This document shows positions 27,822-37,771 of a stretch of DNA of 64,000 nt, piece after piece. Source of the DNA: an uncultured Planctomycetales bacterium (lineage in GTDB: Bacteria; Planctomycetota; Phycisphaerae; UBA1845; PWPN01). The translations under genes were made by a program, and so were the position numbers. Position 1 is the first letter of the stretch. Each line of letters starts with the position of its first letter. Under the pieces are notes generated by a model, which saw only the letters and a program-made list of their open reading frames with translations, was not told the origin of the DNA and ran no database searches. The DNA is taken from the NCBI GenBank assembly GCA_964401335.1, contig CAYNYK010000006.1:11734-75733 (forward strand), given 5' to 3'.

Positions 27822-29363
27822 ATGCACATAGCCGCCGAACATCATGCGCATTTTCTGAAAAGATACGGCTCGACCGGGGCGGAGGTCTCGAAGCCGGTCT
27901 TGTCCATGACCCGGCTGACGTATCTTACCCTTGGGTTGCTGGTGTTGGTGGCGGCGACCTCGGTCGGGGGGATCCTTGGAATCATCCGGAAAGACGCACC
28001 GATTGAATATCTCGTGGTCTGCAGCGCCTGCGGTTCGCTGGTGGTTATGGCCATCGTCATGTTGTTGCTGGGTAAATACATGACCCAGCGCTCCCTGCAA
28101 GTCATCGAGGAACGATTACAACGCCTGATTCGCGAGGACCGTGTGGAGGGATTGAACGTTGCCGTGCCGGATGATCTGCGGCCGGTAATGTCCGCCCTGG
28201 GCGAATACGTCGAACAGGTCCGCGAGCGCGTCGACCGGCTCCGGGTACGGAAAAAAGAACTGGATATCCAGATGCGGGTGGCGGAAACGGAGCGACGCAA
28301 CAGCGAGGCAATCATTCTCAGCCTCAACGAGGCGGTGCTGGTGGTCGACGCATTCGGTGATCTGGCCCTGGCGAATGCGGCGGCGGAAAACATGTTCGGC
28401 TTTGAGCTGGAGGCCTGTCGCCATCGGCCTCTGGAGCAAGTCCTCTCGGACGGTTCGCTGATTGATTTGATAAAGACGACGCGACAGCAAACCGAGGGGG
28501 AGAAGTATCGGCAGGTGGAATACACCGCCTCCCGCGACGGTCAGAGGCGGACCTTTCATATTACCCTGACCCGGCTAACCAATGCCGAGGGGCAACCGGG
28601 GGGCGTCGTGGCCGTCTTTCACGATGTGACCTTCGAGCACCAGGCCGCCCAGAACAAGGCCGATTTTGTTTCCGCCGTCTCCCATGAATTGCGCACCCCG
28701 CTGTCCAGCATCAAGGCCTATATCGAAATGCTGCTCGACGGTGAAGCCCGCGACGAAGCCGCCCGACGCAATTTCCTGCAAATCATCGCGGAGGAAACCG
28801 CCCGTTTGCAGCGGTTAATCGAAAACATTCTGAATATATCCCGCATCGAATCGGGTCTGGTCCAGGCCTGCCCGGAGTGGATTCAACCCCATGCCGTGAT
28901 CCGAATCATCCTGGATACGCTGGCCCCGCAGGCCAGGGAAAAGCGGGTGCGGTTGGAGGACGGCCTGATCGAGGGGCTGCCCCCCATCTGGGCGGATCGG
29001 GACATGCTTCACCGCGCGGCGCTGAACGTCATCGGCAACGCTTTGAAATATACGCCGACCGGCGGCCTTGTCCGCGTCAGTACGGGCGTGGATATGGAGC
29101 GGGGACACTACGTGATCACCGTCGCGGATAACGGCATAGGCATTAAAAGCCAGGACCTGGACCGCATTTTCGACAAGTTCTATCGCGGCAAGGAGGCCGC
29201 CGCGGTCGCCAGGGGGACCGGCCTGGGACTGAACCTGGTCAAGTACATCGTGGAAAACGTCCATGGCGGAGCCATTTCCGTGACCAGCGAGCCGGGTGCG
29301 GGCACTACCATGATTCTCAGATTTCCTTTATCGCCGCAACCAACCACGAGGGAACAGCCATGA
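27822..29363 (+). CDS. Sensor histidine kinase (2 TM, PAS, HisKA, HATPase_c)
   Basis: H-box FVSAVSHELRTPLSSI, N-box NVIGNALKYTP and G-boxes DNGIGI / GTGLGL. The alternative start is 27906. Confidence 0.85.
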   Translation: MHIAAEHHAHFLKRYGSTGAEVSKPVLSMTRLTYLTLGLLVLVAATSVGGILGIIRKDAPIEYLVVCSACGSLVVMAIVMLLLGKYMTQRSLQVIEERLQRLIREDRVEGLNVAVPDDLRPVMSALGEYVEQVRERVDRLRVRKKELDIQMRVAETERRNSEAIILSLNEAVLVVDAFGDLALANAAAENMFGFELEACRHRPLEQVLSDGSLIDLIKTTRQQTEGEKYRQVEYTASRDGQRRTFHITLTRLTNAEGQPGGVVAVFHDVTFEHQAAQNKADFVSAVSHELRTPLSSIKAYIEMLLDGEARDEAARRNFLQIIAEETARLQRLIENILNISRIESGLVQACPEWIQPHAVIRIILDTLAPQAREKRVRLEDGLIEGLPPIWADRDMLHRAALNVIGNALKYTPTGGLVRVSTGVDMERGHYVITVADNGIGIKSQDLDRIFDKFYRGKEAAAVARGTGLGLNLVKYIVENVHGGAISVTSEPGAGTTMILRFPLSPQPTTREQP

Positions 29364-29761
29364 AGAGGATTTTGATCGCCGACGATGAAACCCACATTCT
29401 CAACGTGGTGTCCATCAAACTCAGCAACGCCGGATACCAGGTGGAGACCGCCGAGGATGGGGCGGAGGCCTATCGAGCGGCCTTGGCCAATCCGCCGGAT
29501 TTGCTGATTACCGATTATCAAATGCCGTACCTCAGCGGCGTGGAGTTATGCGCGAAGCTGGCGGCCGAGCCGCCGACCCGCTCCATTCCGGCCATCTTAT
29601 TGACCGCCAGAGGTTACAGCATTTCGCCGCAGGATAAGACCTCGTCCGGTATCAGGCGGGTCATTGACAAGCCGTTCAGCCCGCGCGAGGTGTTGAACTG
29701 TGTCGAGGAAATTCTCGCCGACGTTTCGACGGACATGCCGATGGCCGGTGTCGGCGTCTAA
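29360..29761 (+). CDS. Single-domain response regulator (CheY-like receiver)
   Basis: ATGA overlap with the kinase. ILIADDE...LLITDYQMPYLSG...K pattern. Confidence 0.85.
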   Translation: MKRILIADDETHILNVVSIKLSNAGYQVETAEDGAEAYRAALANPPDLLITDYQMPYLSGVELCAKLAAEPPTRSIPAILLTARGYSISPQDKTSSGIRRVIDKPFSPREVLNCVEEILADVSTDMPMAGVGV

Positions 29762-29871
29762 TAGTGCATCCTGAAACCGGCGTGGCCCCCGGCATGGTGG
29801 GTTGCCGGGACGCGTCGGCAAAAGGAGACCGACGCCATGGGTTTTGAGGACGCACTTGAAAGAGGTGTTTT

Positions 29872-31554
29872 GTGATTCGGGTGCCCCGATCGCCAAATCA
29901 CCGAGCGCGTGAACGGGAACGGTGCTATGCCGCCGTTTTCCCTCGTTACGTCGAGCCTTGGGGTCGGCTGGGGCTGTGGCTGTCGTTATGGAGTGACAAG
30001 GGTGAATGTATCCTTTCCGAGCCGCCGGGCATCCCTTCGTTCTGGGCGACCTTGGCACGACATGCGCCCCGCTTGCTCCAACACATGCGGGAGCTGGCTA
30101 TAAAGGGGGCGACCGGTTCGCTCCTGCCAGTGGAACTCGACGGGAGTGGGGGGTTGTTGGCCATCGTCTTGCCCGTCCGCCTGCGAGGCCGGTCACCGCA
30201 CTGTTTGTTAGCCTGCGCAAAAACTCCGGCTTTCTCGGACCAGGAAGGTTTTTTTCGCTTCTGCGACCGGCATGAAATCGATTCGGTTGTTCTAGGCCGG
30301 CTTGCCGAAAGCGTGCCCGCCTATTCTCCCGATACCCTATCCGCCTATGCGGGTATCCTGCAGCAGCAGATGACCGACTTCGGCGCATCCCTCCGGGCCA
30401 GTGGCGACATTCATGACCTGTCCGATGAATTGGCCCGCGCGTACGAGACCCTCAGCTTGATCTATCGGGTCAGCGGCGACTTGAGCCTGGTGCATCGCCC
30501 GCGAGCTTATTTGGAAAAACTCTGCCGGGAGCTGCTCGGCGTGACCGTGGTGCGCGGCTTCGCCGGCATACTCGAACCGCCTCACGACCTGCCCCTCCCG
30601 CCTACTGTCGTGACCACGGGTTCGCTTGCGGTCGACGAGTCGGAAATCCTGAAGCTTTATCACCAGATCGTGGCCGCTGATCGAGCCGGAAAATCGTTTC
30701 GGGTGGTCAACCGGATTGGTGATGACCAAACCTATGCCTGGGCCTCGGCCTGGCTGGAACGTTTTGTCTATTTCCCGCTGGCCCGAACGAATCATCATTA
30801 CGGTGCATTACTGGCGATTAATCAGATCAACAACGACGATTTCGGCTCCGAGGAAGTGCAACTGATCAACACCGTCGTTGAGCGCAGCGCGGCTTTTCTG
30901 GAAAACGTCCGCCTGTACGACGATCTCGAACAACTGTTCATGGGCATGTTGCACGCCCTGGTCAACAGTATCGACGCCAAGGATCCCTATACCTGCGGAC
31001 ACTCGCAACGAGTGGCCTGGCTCAGCCGCCATATCGCCGGTCTGGCCGCCGTTCCCGAACCGCAACGTCAGCGCGTGTACCTCAGCGGATTGTTGCATGA
31101 CGTGGGCAAAATCGGCATTAACGACGCCCTGTTAAGCAAAACGGGGCGCTTGACCGCCGAGGAATACGAAGAGATCAAGCGTCACCCCGTGATTGGGACG
31201 CGCATCCTCGAAGGGATGAAACAGGTCGAGGATCTGGTGCCTGGCGTGCTCTATCATCATGAGCGGATCGACGGGAAAGGGTACTCGGCCGGCTTAAGTG
31301 GTGACGACATTCCCTTGTTCGGCCGCGTGGTGGGGTTGGCCGATTCCCTGGATGCGATGACCACCAACCGAACCTATCGTGCCGCTTTACCGCTGCAATT
31401 GGCCGCCGCCGAAATCCGCCGTTTTTCAGGTACCCAATTCGACCCGCGGCTGGTCGATCTTTTGCTTCAGGACGACTGGGAGGTCCTTTTCCGGAAACTG
31501 CCGGCCTCCAATCGCCCGCCCAACGGGCAGGGCATATTCCGGACCGGGGATTGA
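29872..31554 (+). CDS. HD-GYP domain protein with N-terminal unknown and GAF-like regions (putative c-di-GMP phosphodiesterase)
   Basis: GHSQRVAWL, LLHDVGKIGI, HPVIG and HHERIDGKGY are HD-GYP motifs. The start codon is uncertain (GTG 29872 from the ORF track). Confidence 0.75.
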   Translation: MIRVPRSPNHRARERERCYAAVFPRYVEPWGRLGLWLSLWSDKGECILSEPPGIPSFWATLARHAPRLLQHMRELAIKGATGSLLPVELDGSGGLLAIVLPVRLRGRSPHCLLACAKTPAFSDQEGFFRFCDRHEIDSVVLGRLAESVPAYSPDTLSAYAGILQQQMTDFGASLRASGDIHDLSDELARAYETLSLIYRVSGDLSLVHRPRAYLEKLCRELLGVTVVRGFAGILEPPHDLPLPPTVVTTGSLAVDESEILKLYHQIVAADRAGKSFRVVNRIGDDQTYAWASAWLERFVYFPLARTNHHYGALLAINQINNDDFGSEEVQLINTVVERSAAFLENVRLYDDLEQLFMGMLHALVNSIDAKDPYTCGHSQRVAWLSRHIAGLAAVPEPQRQRVYLSGLLHDVGKIGINDALLSKTGRLTAEEYEEIKRHPVIGTRILEGMKQVEDLVPGVLYHHERIDGKGYSAGLSGDDIPLFGRVVGLADSLDAMTTNRTYRAALPLQLAAAEIRRFSGTQFDPRLVDLLLQDDWEVLFRKLPASNRPPNGQGIFRTGD

Positions 31555-31587
31555 CAATGGATCGAAAGCTCCCAAAAATCTTCTGAT

Positions 31588-32520
31588 ATGTCCGTGGATT
31601 TACATCATCCTCCCGTGTACCGTTATGCAGGACCGATCATCGATGCCCACTGTCATTTCACCACCCCCGACGCCACCGAACGCATGATCCAGGCGGGAAC
31701 GCTCTACGGCGTGACCCAGTGGGTGGGGATTTGCAAGGTCGAGGAGGTGCCCGCCCTTCGTAAACGGTTTGGGGACCGAGCCGCATTCACGATCTGGATG
31801 GATCATGAGCAGTCCGCCGACTCGGCTGGTTTCATACAAACCCAACGGGACATCATTCATCAAGCGATCGAGGCCGGCGGCCGTTGCCTGAAATTCTGGT
31901 ATAAACCGGAATACAATCAGCGCAGTGGACTCTATTTCGATCACCCGCGGCTGGATCCCGTTTTTCAGGCCATTGAAGAGACCGACCTGGCCGTCCTGGT
32001 CCATATTGCCGATCCCGACATCTGGTGGCGGCTCCGCTATGGCGATCCGATTAGGTATGAAGGCAAAAGGTTCACCTATCGCCAATTAACCAATACCTTG
32101 GAACGTTTCGGCCGGTTACGGATCCTGGTCGCCCATCTGGGCGGCTGGCCGGAGAATCTGCCGTTTCTTGAGGACTTGTTAAACCGGTACCCCAACTGTT
32201 ATCTGGATACTTCCGGCACCAAATGGATCGCTCGCGAATTGTCCGCCAAGCCGACCGAGGCCCGCGCTTTTTTCCTTCGGTATGCCGATCGACTGCTTTT
32301 TGGCAGTGACCTCGTGGCTTGGGCGTCAGCGGATTTTGATCATCATTGTTCGCGCTACTGGGTTCATCGCCATCTGTATGAACAGAATTCGAGAGTGCCT
32401 TCGCCGATCGACGACCCCGATGCGCAAAAACCGGTCGAGTTGGCCGGTCTGGATTTACCCGATTCGGTTTTGCGGAGGCTCTATCTGGACAATGCCCGCC
32501 GTTTTTTCAGGTTGGAATGA
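31588..32520 (+). CDS. Amidohydrolase-2 family metal-dependent hydrolase (TIM barrel)
   Basis: IIDAHCHF N-terminal metal motif, VLVHIADP, VAHLGGW and LFGSD. Confidence 0.7.
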   Translation: MSVDLHHPPVYRYAGPIIDAHCHFTTPDATERMIQAGTLYGVTQWVGICKVEEVPALRKRFGDRAAFTIWMDHEQSADSAGFIQTQRDIIHQAIEAGGRCLKFWYKPEYNQRSGLYFDHPRLDPVFQAIEETDLAVLVHIADPDIWWRLRYGDPIRYEGKRFTYRQLTNTLERFGRLRILVAHLGGWPENLPFLEDLLNRYPNCYLDTSGTKWIARELSAKPTEARAFFLRYADRLLFGSDLVAWASADFDHHCSRYWVHRHLYEQNSRVPSPIDDPDAQKPVELAGLDLPDSVLRRLYLDNARRFFRLE

Positions 32521-32546
32521 TCCAATCATCCTGGGCCCGATGCAAG

Positions 32547-32603
32547 GTGGCATGGTCAGGCCTTTGTCACCGCCCAGTGGAACAAAGGTTTGCCCGTGCT
32601 TTT
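32547..32603 (+). repeat. Hairpin repeat family 1 copy
   Basis: GGTGGCATGGTCAGGCCTTTGTCAC cgcccagtgg AACAAAGGTTTGCCCGTGCTTTT. Begins 27 nt after the amidohydrolase stop. Confidence 0.8.
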
Positions 32604-32875
32604 AAGGCTGCGGAGTAGAGCATGATAACCCCCGGCAGGCAAATCGAATTCCCTGTGCCGCCTTTCTTCAGGGGGTGGCCAAATGGTTTGGTAAATCGCG
32701 ATGTTCGACCTGTACGCCGAGAAATACCCTTGCGGGTGCTTTCGTAAGGGGAAAGTCTTCACGTGGTCAGCACTTTTTGGGCATGCACCCGCACCGCTGC
32801 TTGACGGTCGTAAGCCCATCCTGTACCTTACGATATAGTCCCTCACGGCAACCCGATCATTGACGGAATGCCTGA

Positions 32876-32959
32876 GCCCGGGTGGCGGAATTGGCAGACG
32901 CGCATGGTTGAGGGCCATGTAGCCGCAAGGCTGTGGAGGTTCGAGCCCTCTCCCGGGCA
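32876..32959 (+). tRNA. tRNA-Leu (anticodon GAG), long variable arm
   Basis: Acceptor GCCCGGG/CCCGGGC, anticodon stem CATGG/CCATG with loop TTGAGGG, variable arm TAGCCGCAAGGCTGT, and T loop TTCGAGC. Confidence 0.85.
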
Positions 32960-32964
32960 TCCTC

Positions 32965-32993
32965 AAAACCCCTGATCCAATCGGGGTTTTTTT
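32965..32993 (+). terminator. Intrinsic terminator after tRNA-Leu
   Basis: AAAACCCC tgatccaatc GGGGTTTT followed by additional T residues. Confidence 0.6.
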
Positions 32994-33205
32994 GCGTTTT
33001 ACCGCAAGCATCTTGTCGGGGGGGGGCCACCCCGATAATCCCAAGGGGATTACATCACGCCCCAGTGTTGTGGCGTAATCGCTACCCTGGGAATCGATCG
33101 CATCCCCCATCAACCCCAACGGAGTTCCGTTATTCCCACGACGACATTTGCCTGCACGCGGCCGGCGAATACAATCAGCACACGGCGCATGCACCCCCGT
33201 GTTTC

Positions 33206-34264
33206 ATGGATATCCTCGAATGGGAACCTGATATGCACCTTACCTGGCAACGTCGTGACCTTCACCTTCGCCATCCGTTCAATATCGCCCGCGTGCAGGC
33301 CAGCCACGCGGTGGACAAACAGGTATTGCTCGCACAAATCACCCACGACGGCAAGGTCGGCTGGGGTGAGGCCGCCCCTTCCGCCTATTACCGCCAGTCA
33401 CTGGACTCGGCCGAGGCCGTCTTTACCGCCGCCCGCGACCTGCTCGGCGACAACCCCTTCGCCCTGGATCGTATTCTGGATAACCTGTGGCAACGGTTCC
33501 CGGATCAATCCGCCGCCATCGCCGCAATCGACGGCGCGTTACACGACCTGATGGGCAAGCTGCTCGATATCCCCGTGTGGAAACTCCTCGGCCTGGACCG
33601 CACGCGCTGCCCGCTGACCTCCTTCACCATCGGACTGGACGATCCGGAAACCATCGCCCGCAAAGTGCGCGAGGCGGCCACTTACCCCATCCTCAAGATC
33701 AAGGTCGGTACACCGCAAGATGAGGCGATTCTTGAAATCATCCGTCGGGAAGCGCCGGACAAGCCGCTCCGTGTCGACGCCAATTGCGGGTGGACCTCGG
33801 CCAATGTGCTCAAACGTTGCCGGCGAATGGCGGACTTCGGCGTCGAGTTCATCGAGCAGCCGACGCCGCGCGGCGATCATGCCGGGCTGCCGGCCGTCCG
33901 CGCCGCCGGCCTGCCCCTCCTCCTGGCCGACGAAAGCTGCATCCACCTCGACGATGTACTGCCCTGCGCAAAAGCCTTCGACGGGATCAATATCAAACTC
34001 TGCAAATGCGGCGGGATTCGCCGGGCATTGCCCATGATCCACACGGCCAGGGCCGCCGGCTTGAAAATAATGCTCGGCTGCATGGTGGAAACCAGTATCG
34101 GTATCGCCGCCGCCGCCCAACTCGCCCCCCTGGCGGATTACCTCGATCTCGACGGCCACCTGCTCCTGGCGGACGATCCTTTCGAGGGGATCGGCGGTGC
34201 AGGGGGAAGAATAACCTTAAACGATGAACCGGGGTTGGGTATCCACGAACGTCAGTCGGTTTGA
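33206..34264 (+). CDS. Dipeptide epimerase (L-Ala-D/L-Glu epimerase-like, enolase superfamily)
   Basis: KIKVG, LRVDANCGW, FIEQP, LLADES and KLCKCGGI are MR/MLE motifs. The start is 33206 or 33233. The upstream part of the ORF-track ORF overlaps the tRNA and is rejected. Confidence 0.8.
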   Translation: MDILEWEPDMHLTWQRRDLHLRHPFNIARVQASHAVDKQVLLAQITHDGKVGWGEAAPSAYYRQSLDSAEAVFTAARDLLGDNPFALDRILDNLWQRFPDQSAAIAAIDGALHDLMGKLLDIPVWKLLGLDRTRCPLTSFTIGLDDPETIARKVREAATYPILKIKVGTPQDEAILEIIRREAPDKPLRVDANCGWTSANVLKRCRRMADFGVEFIEQPTPRGDHAGLPAVRAAGLPLLLADESCIHLDDVLPCAKAFDGINIKLCKCGGIRRALPMIHTARAAGLKIMLGCMVETSIGIAAAAQLAPLADYLDLDGHLLLADDPFEGIGGAGGRITLNDEPGLGIHERQSV

Positions 34265-35283
34265 ACGTTGTCGCTCACGACGGCCGCGCTGGGAGCATAA
34301 AGTTCAACGAGTTGCTGGAATCCGTCGGCATCGCTGACGCAGACGCGATTCCGCCCCCCGTGTTTGGCCTGGTAAAGAGCGTAATCAGCGCTTTTCAGCA
34401 GGTCATCCTTGCTGTTGGTAAAATCATTGCGATCGGCCACGCCAAGGCTGATGGTAACATGCAAGGTTTTGTCGCCAACCGCGATGGGCGTGATTTCCAC
34501 TGTTTTCCGCAATCTTTCGGCCAGCAACTTTGCGCCTTCGGTGTTGGTATGCGGACAGAGAATCAGAAACTCCTCGCCCCCCAGTCGACAAGCCAGGTCG
34601 CCCAGACGCGTGTGTTGACTCAGGATTCGTCCCAACTCTCGTAAGACAACGTCCCCCGCATCGTGCCCATAGGTGTCATTGACCCGCTTAAAATGATCCA
34701 GGTCCATCATAATGCAGGAAATGGGTTGCTGATAACGCAGAGCTGTTTCCCAATACTCCGTGAGTCGGATCATGGCGTGACGGCGATTGGCCAAGCCGGT
34801 CAACTCGTCCGTGGTGGCGATCTTTTCCAGCTTCGCGTTCAGGATTGTCAATTCGGCATTGATCTTGTGGATTTCGAGATTCTGGCGGGCCAGGTCAGCC
34901 TCGGCCTCGATCACCCGCATACCGGCCTTGACCCGGGCCAGCAATTCACCGCGATCGAACGGCTTGGATACATAATCGTCCGCGCCGGCCTCAAATGCCT
35001 CCACGACCCTCTTCTTATCCGAATGGGAGGTCAGAATAATCAGATACGTCAACCCTACCCCGTCCGTCGATCGCACGGCCCGACACAATTCGATGCCGTT
35101 CATTCGCGGCATTTCCCAGTCGGTGATGACCAAAGCAGGCCCCTCGGCCATGATCAGCCGCATGGCTTCGGCCCCGTCGGACGCCTTCAACAGCGAATAA
35201 CCGGTTAAGCTCAGGTGCTTCTCCAGCAGCCGAATCATAATCGGGTCATCATCGACAATCAAAATCTTCCGCGGCTGTGACAT
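34252..35283 (-). CDS. Response regulator-diguanylate cyclase (REC, coiled coil, GGDEF)
   Basis: ILIVDDDP...VITDWEMPRMNG receiver. GGDEF domain with RLGGEEF active-site motif. Confidence 0.85.
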   Translation of the reverse strand: MSQPRKILIVDDDPIMIRLLEKHLSLTGYSLLKASDGAEAMRLIMAEGPALVITDWEMPRMNGIELCRAVRSTDGVGLTYLIILTSHSDKKRVVEAFEAGADDYVSKPFDRGELLARVKAGMRVIEAEADLARQNLEIHKINAELTILNAKLEKIATTDELTGLANRRHAMIRLTEYWETALRYQQPISCIMMDLDHFKRVNDTYGHDAGDVVLRELGRILSQHTRLGDLACRLGGEEFLILCPHTNTEGAKLLAERLRKTVEITPIAVGDKTLHVTISLGVADRNDFTNSKDDLLKSADYALYQAKHGGRNRVCVSDADGFQQLVELYAPSAAVVSDNVQTD

Positions 35284-35312
35284 GCAGCTTGGCCTCGCCC
35301 CTTCTCCACTAA

Positions 35313-35500
35313 CCTGGATTATTCATTGGTTTGACTACGGAGTCCAAAAAGTTCTCGGAGAATAAAGGATTTATTTTAGAGAACAAGGGTAGCGAATGTT
35401 CCGACAGGGTGCATGTATTTGGAATCAGATGTACCTCGCCTTCGCCCTTATTTCATCTTTTCTCCGCGACCTCCGCGGCCTCCCGGGTGAATAATCCGAG
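35313..35500. repeat. Palindromic element family 2, long form, degenerate copy D
   Basis: Left arm CCTGGATTATTCATTGGTTTGACTACGGAG, right arm CCTCCGCGG..GGGTGAATAATCCGAG. Inner ends resemble copy C (CTCGGAGAATAAAGGATTTA versus CACGGAGAAGAAAGAACTTA). Confidence 0.6.
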
Positions 35501-35820
35501 CTAAGTAAAAAAAACTCCCTCACCCATTCGTTTGCGGCAACACAAAAACACCCAGGCTAAGCCGTGAGCATCGGCCCGAGGTGTGCCCATTACTACCTGT
35601 TTATCGTTTTGCATCCAAGCTGACTTTTCATATTTGGGGGGTTTTTTCCCCCTGACTTATGATAGCCCTATAAGCGAGATCGGGCGGGTAGGTTACGCCG
35701 GCTTAAGCGGACTTTTCTCGCCATCGCTCCCGTCCCTCCATCTCTCACTCTCGCGCTGGTCCAATAACCGCGACCAGAAGTGTTCGCAACGAACAGACGT
35801 AAGAGATTTACGGTGGCGGT

Positions 35821-37191
35821 TTAACCCACGCTGTCCGCGAAGGCCTCGGCCAGAACGCCGACCCCTTCGATCACCGCCTCGCGGGTAATGCACAGCGGCG
35901 GACAGATCTTGACCGTCGAACCGCCGAACCCGACAGGAGAAAACAGCATCAGGCCGCGGCCAACCGCGTTCCAGACAATCTTGCGGGCCAGTTCAGCGTC
36001 CGGCTCGGGGCTGTTCGGCTTGGTGACCTGGATGCCGGCCACCAGACCCTTGCCTTGGATGGCGCCGATCCGCTCGTCATAGGGTTTGAGTTGTTTCCAG
36101 AGCTCCTGGTGGAGTACCTCGCCGACCAGGGCGGCGTTTTCCACCAGTTTTTCCTTGAGGATCAATTCGATATTGGCGATGGCGGCCGCGCAGCAGATCG
36201 GATTGCCCGAATGCGTGCTGGTCATCGAACCGGGTGGGTACAAATCCATCAGCTTGGCCGAACCCACCACGGCGGCGATCGGGAGGCTGCTGCTGATGCC
36301 TTTACCAAGGCACATCAGATCGGGCACGATGCCGTAATGCTCGAAACCCCACATGCGGCCGCAACGCCCGAAACCGGCCTGTACTTCGTCAAAAGTCAGA
36401 ACAACGTTCCATTTATCGCACCAATGGCGCATTTCCTGGAAGTATTCGCGCGGGCCGAAGCTCGCCCCGCCACCCTGGTACGTCTCCGCGATCACCCCGC
36501 AGACGTTTTTCGGCTCGATGCCGGCGCATTCGAGGGCCTTTTCGAAAAAGGTAAAGCTGGTATCGCCGCAACGGAAGCCGTCGGGGAAGGGAACCTGAAT
36601 CATGTCCGGATCGAGGTTGCCGATCCATTCCTTGAGGGCAGGGATGCCACCGATCTGCTGGGCGCCGAGGGTACGGCCGTGAAACGCATGGTGATAACTG
36701 ATAATGACTTTCTTGTCCGGGCTGATCTTGCGCCCGTAGGTTCGACTCAGCTTAATGGCACATTCGATGGTCTCGCTGCCGGTGGAAACCAGGAAGACCT
36801 TTTTCAGCGGTTCGGGGGCCAGGTCGGCGATCATCTGGGCCAGGCGGACACGCGGCTCGTTCAAAAAGACGTAGCTGGTCAGCAGGCCGTGCTGAGCCTG
36901 CCGAATGATCGCCTCGGCGATTTCCTTGCGGCCGTGGCCGGCGTTGGTAATCAGCACGCCGCTGGAAAAATCCAGCCATTGGTTGCCATACGCATCATAA
37001 ACACTGAACCCTTCGGCACGGTCCCAGACCACCGGCGGCTGGCCAAGCATCGCCCGCGGCTCGCACCGGCCGGAGGCCTCCATTAAAGGCCGAACCTGCG
37101 GAGGTGGCAACTGCGGGGTGACAATCTTGCGGTAAGCGGTCTGCACCGGGTGAACGGGAATTGTCTGCGAAACGGATTCTGCGCCAATCAT
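35821..37191 (-). CDS. Class III pyridoxal-phosphate aminotransferase
   Basis: FLVSTGSETIECAIKL, FDEVQAGFGRCG and LGKGISS (PLP Lys) motifs. ATG (MIGAES) at 37191 is preferred. Confidence 0.8.
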   Translation of the reverse strand: MIGAESVSQTIPVHPVQTAYRKIVTPQLPPPQVRPLMEASGRCEPRAMLGQPPVVWDRAEGFSVYDAYGNQWLDFSSGVLITNAGHGRKEIAEAIIRQAQHGLLTSYVFLNEPRVRLAQMIADLAPEPLKKVFLVSTGSETIECAIKLSRTYGRKISPDKKVIISYHHAFHGRTLGAQQIGGIPALKEWIGNLDPDMIQVPFPDGFRCGDTSFTFFEKALECAGIEPKNVCGVIAETYQGGGASFGPREYFQEMRHWCDKWNVVLTFDEVQAGFGRCGRMWGFEHYGIVPDLMCLGKGISSSLPIAAVVGSAKLMDLYPPGSMTSTHSGNPICCAAAIANIELILKEKLVENAALVGEVLHQELWKQLKPYDERIGAIQGKGLVAGIQVTKPNSPEPDAELARKIVWNAVGRGLMLFSPVGFGGSTVKICPPLCITREAVIEGVGVLAEAFADSVG

Positions 37192-37404
37192 GGAAAACCT
37201 CGCTCTGGATGTTTGGGCCGACCGATCCGCCCAAGGCGGATATGCCGCGACTATCTTGCCCCTCTGGGTGTCGGTCAGGCCGGCGGGCGGCAACACGCTT
37301 CAGGGGAACGAACAGTATACCCCATTCTCGCGGCCGGTACACTCGTGGTATAACTCGATATTAATTCATTGGTTTTACCGCATCGGCAGTTCATAGGGTA
37401 GCAG

Positions 37405-37458
37405 GTAGCATGGGCAGGCCCTTGTCACGCTGTGCCGGACAAGGGTTTGCCCGTACTT
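37405..37458 (+). repeat. Hairpin repeat family 1 copy
   Basis: GGTAGCATGGGCAGGCCCTTGTC acgctgtgcc GGACAAGGGTTTGCCCGTACTTT. Confidence 0.8.
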
Positions 37459-37755
37459 TGACAGCCAAAGTTCGTAGGCCGGGCTATTGCCCTCTCCTGC
37501 CCTCCCGCCTTCTGTTCCACTGCTCTGATCCCCTGCGGTCCACCTCATCGTGTTCTTATGGAATGAGCCATACGTTATGGCCGCCGAGAATCTGAATTGG
37601 AGCGATTCATATATGCCGACATTCCACTTTCAACCCACACCCATCTACTTTCTCCGGCACAGTCGTCCCTCCGTGATCAAAATGGTAAAAGCGCCAAACG
37701 AACCCAAACTCCTGAAAAACCGCCATAATATCTTGCCATACAATAATATACATTG

Positions 37756-37771
37756 GTTAGCAGTTGCTAAC
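37756..37771. promoter_or_regulatory. Perfect 7-bp inverted repeat GTTAGCA-gt-TGCTAAC (possible operator)
   Basis: Seen in an AT-rich ORF-free stretch ~280 nt upstream of the hydrolase start. No regulator gene is adjacent. Confidence 0.25.

Noticed and set aside
32556-33205. ORF 32556-33194(-) and the 5' part of ORF 32933-34264(+).
   Set aside because: Both run across tRNA-Leu (32876-32959) and its terminator. The epimerase homology begins only near 33206/33233.
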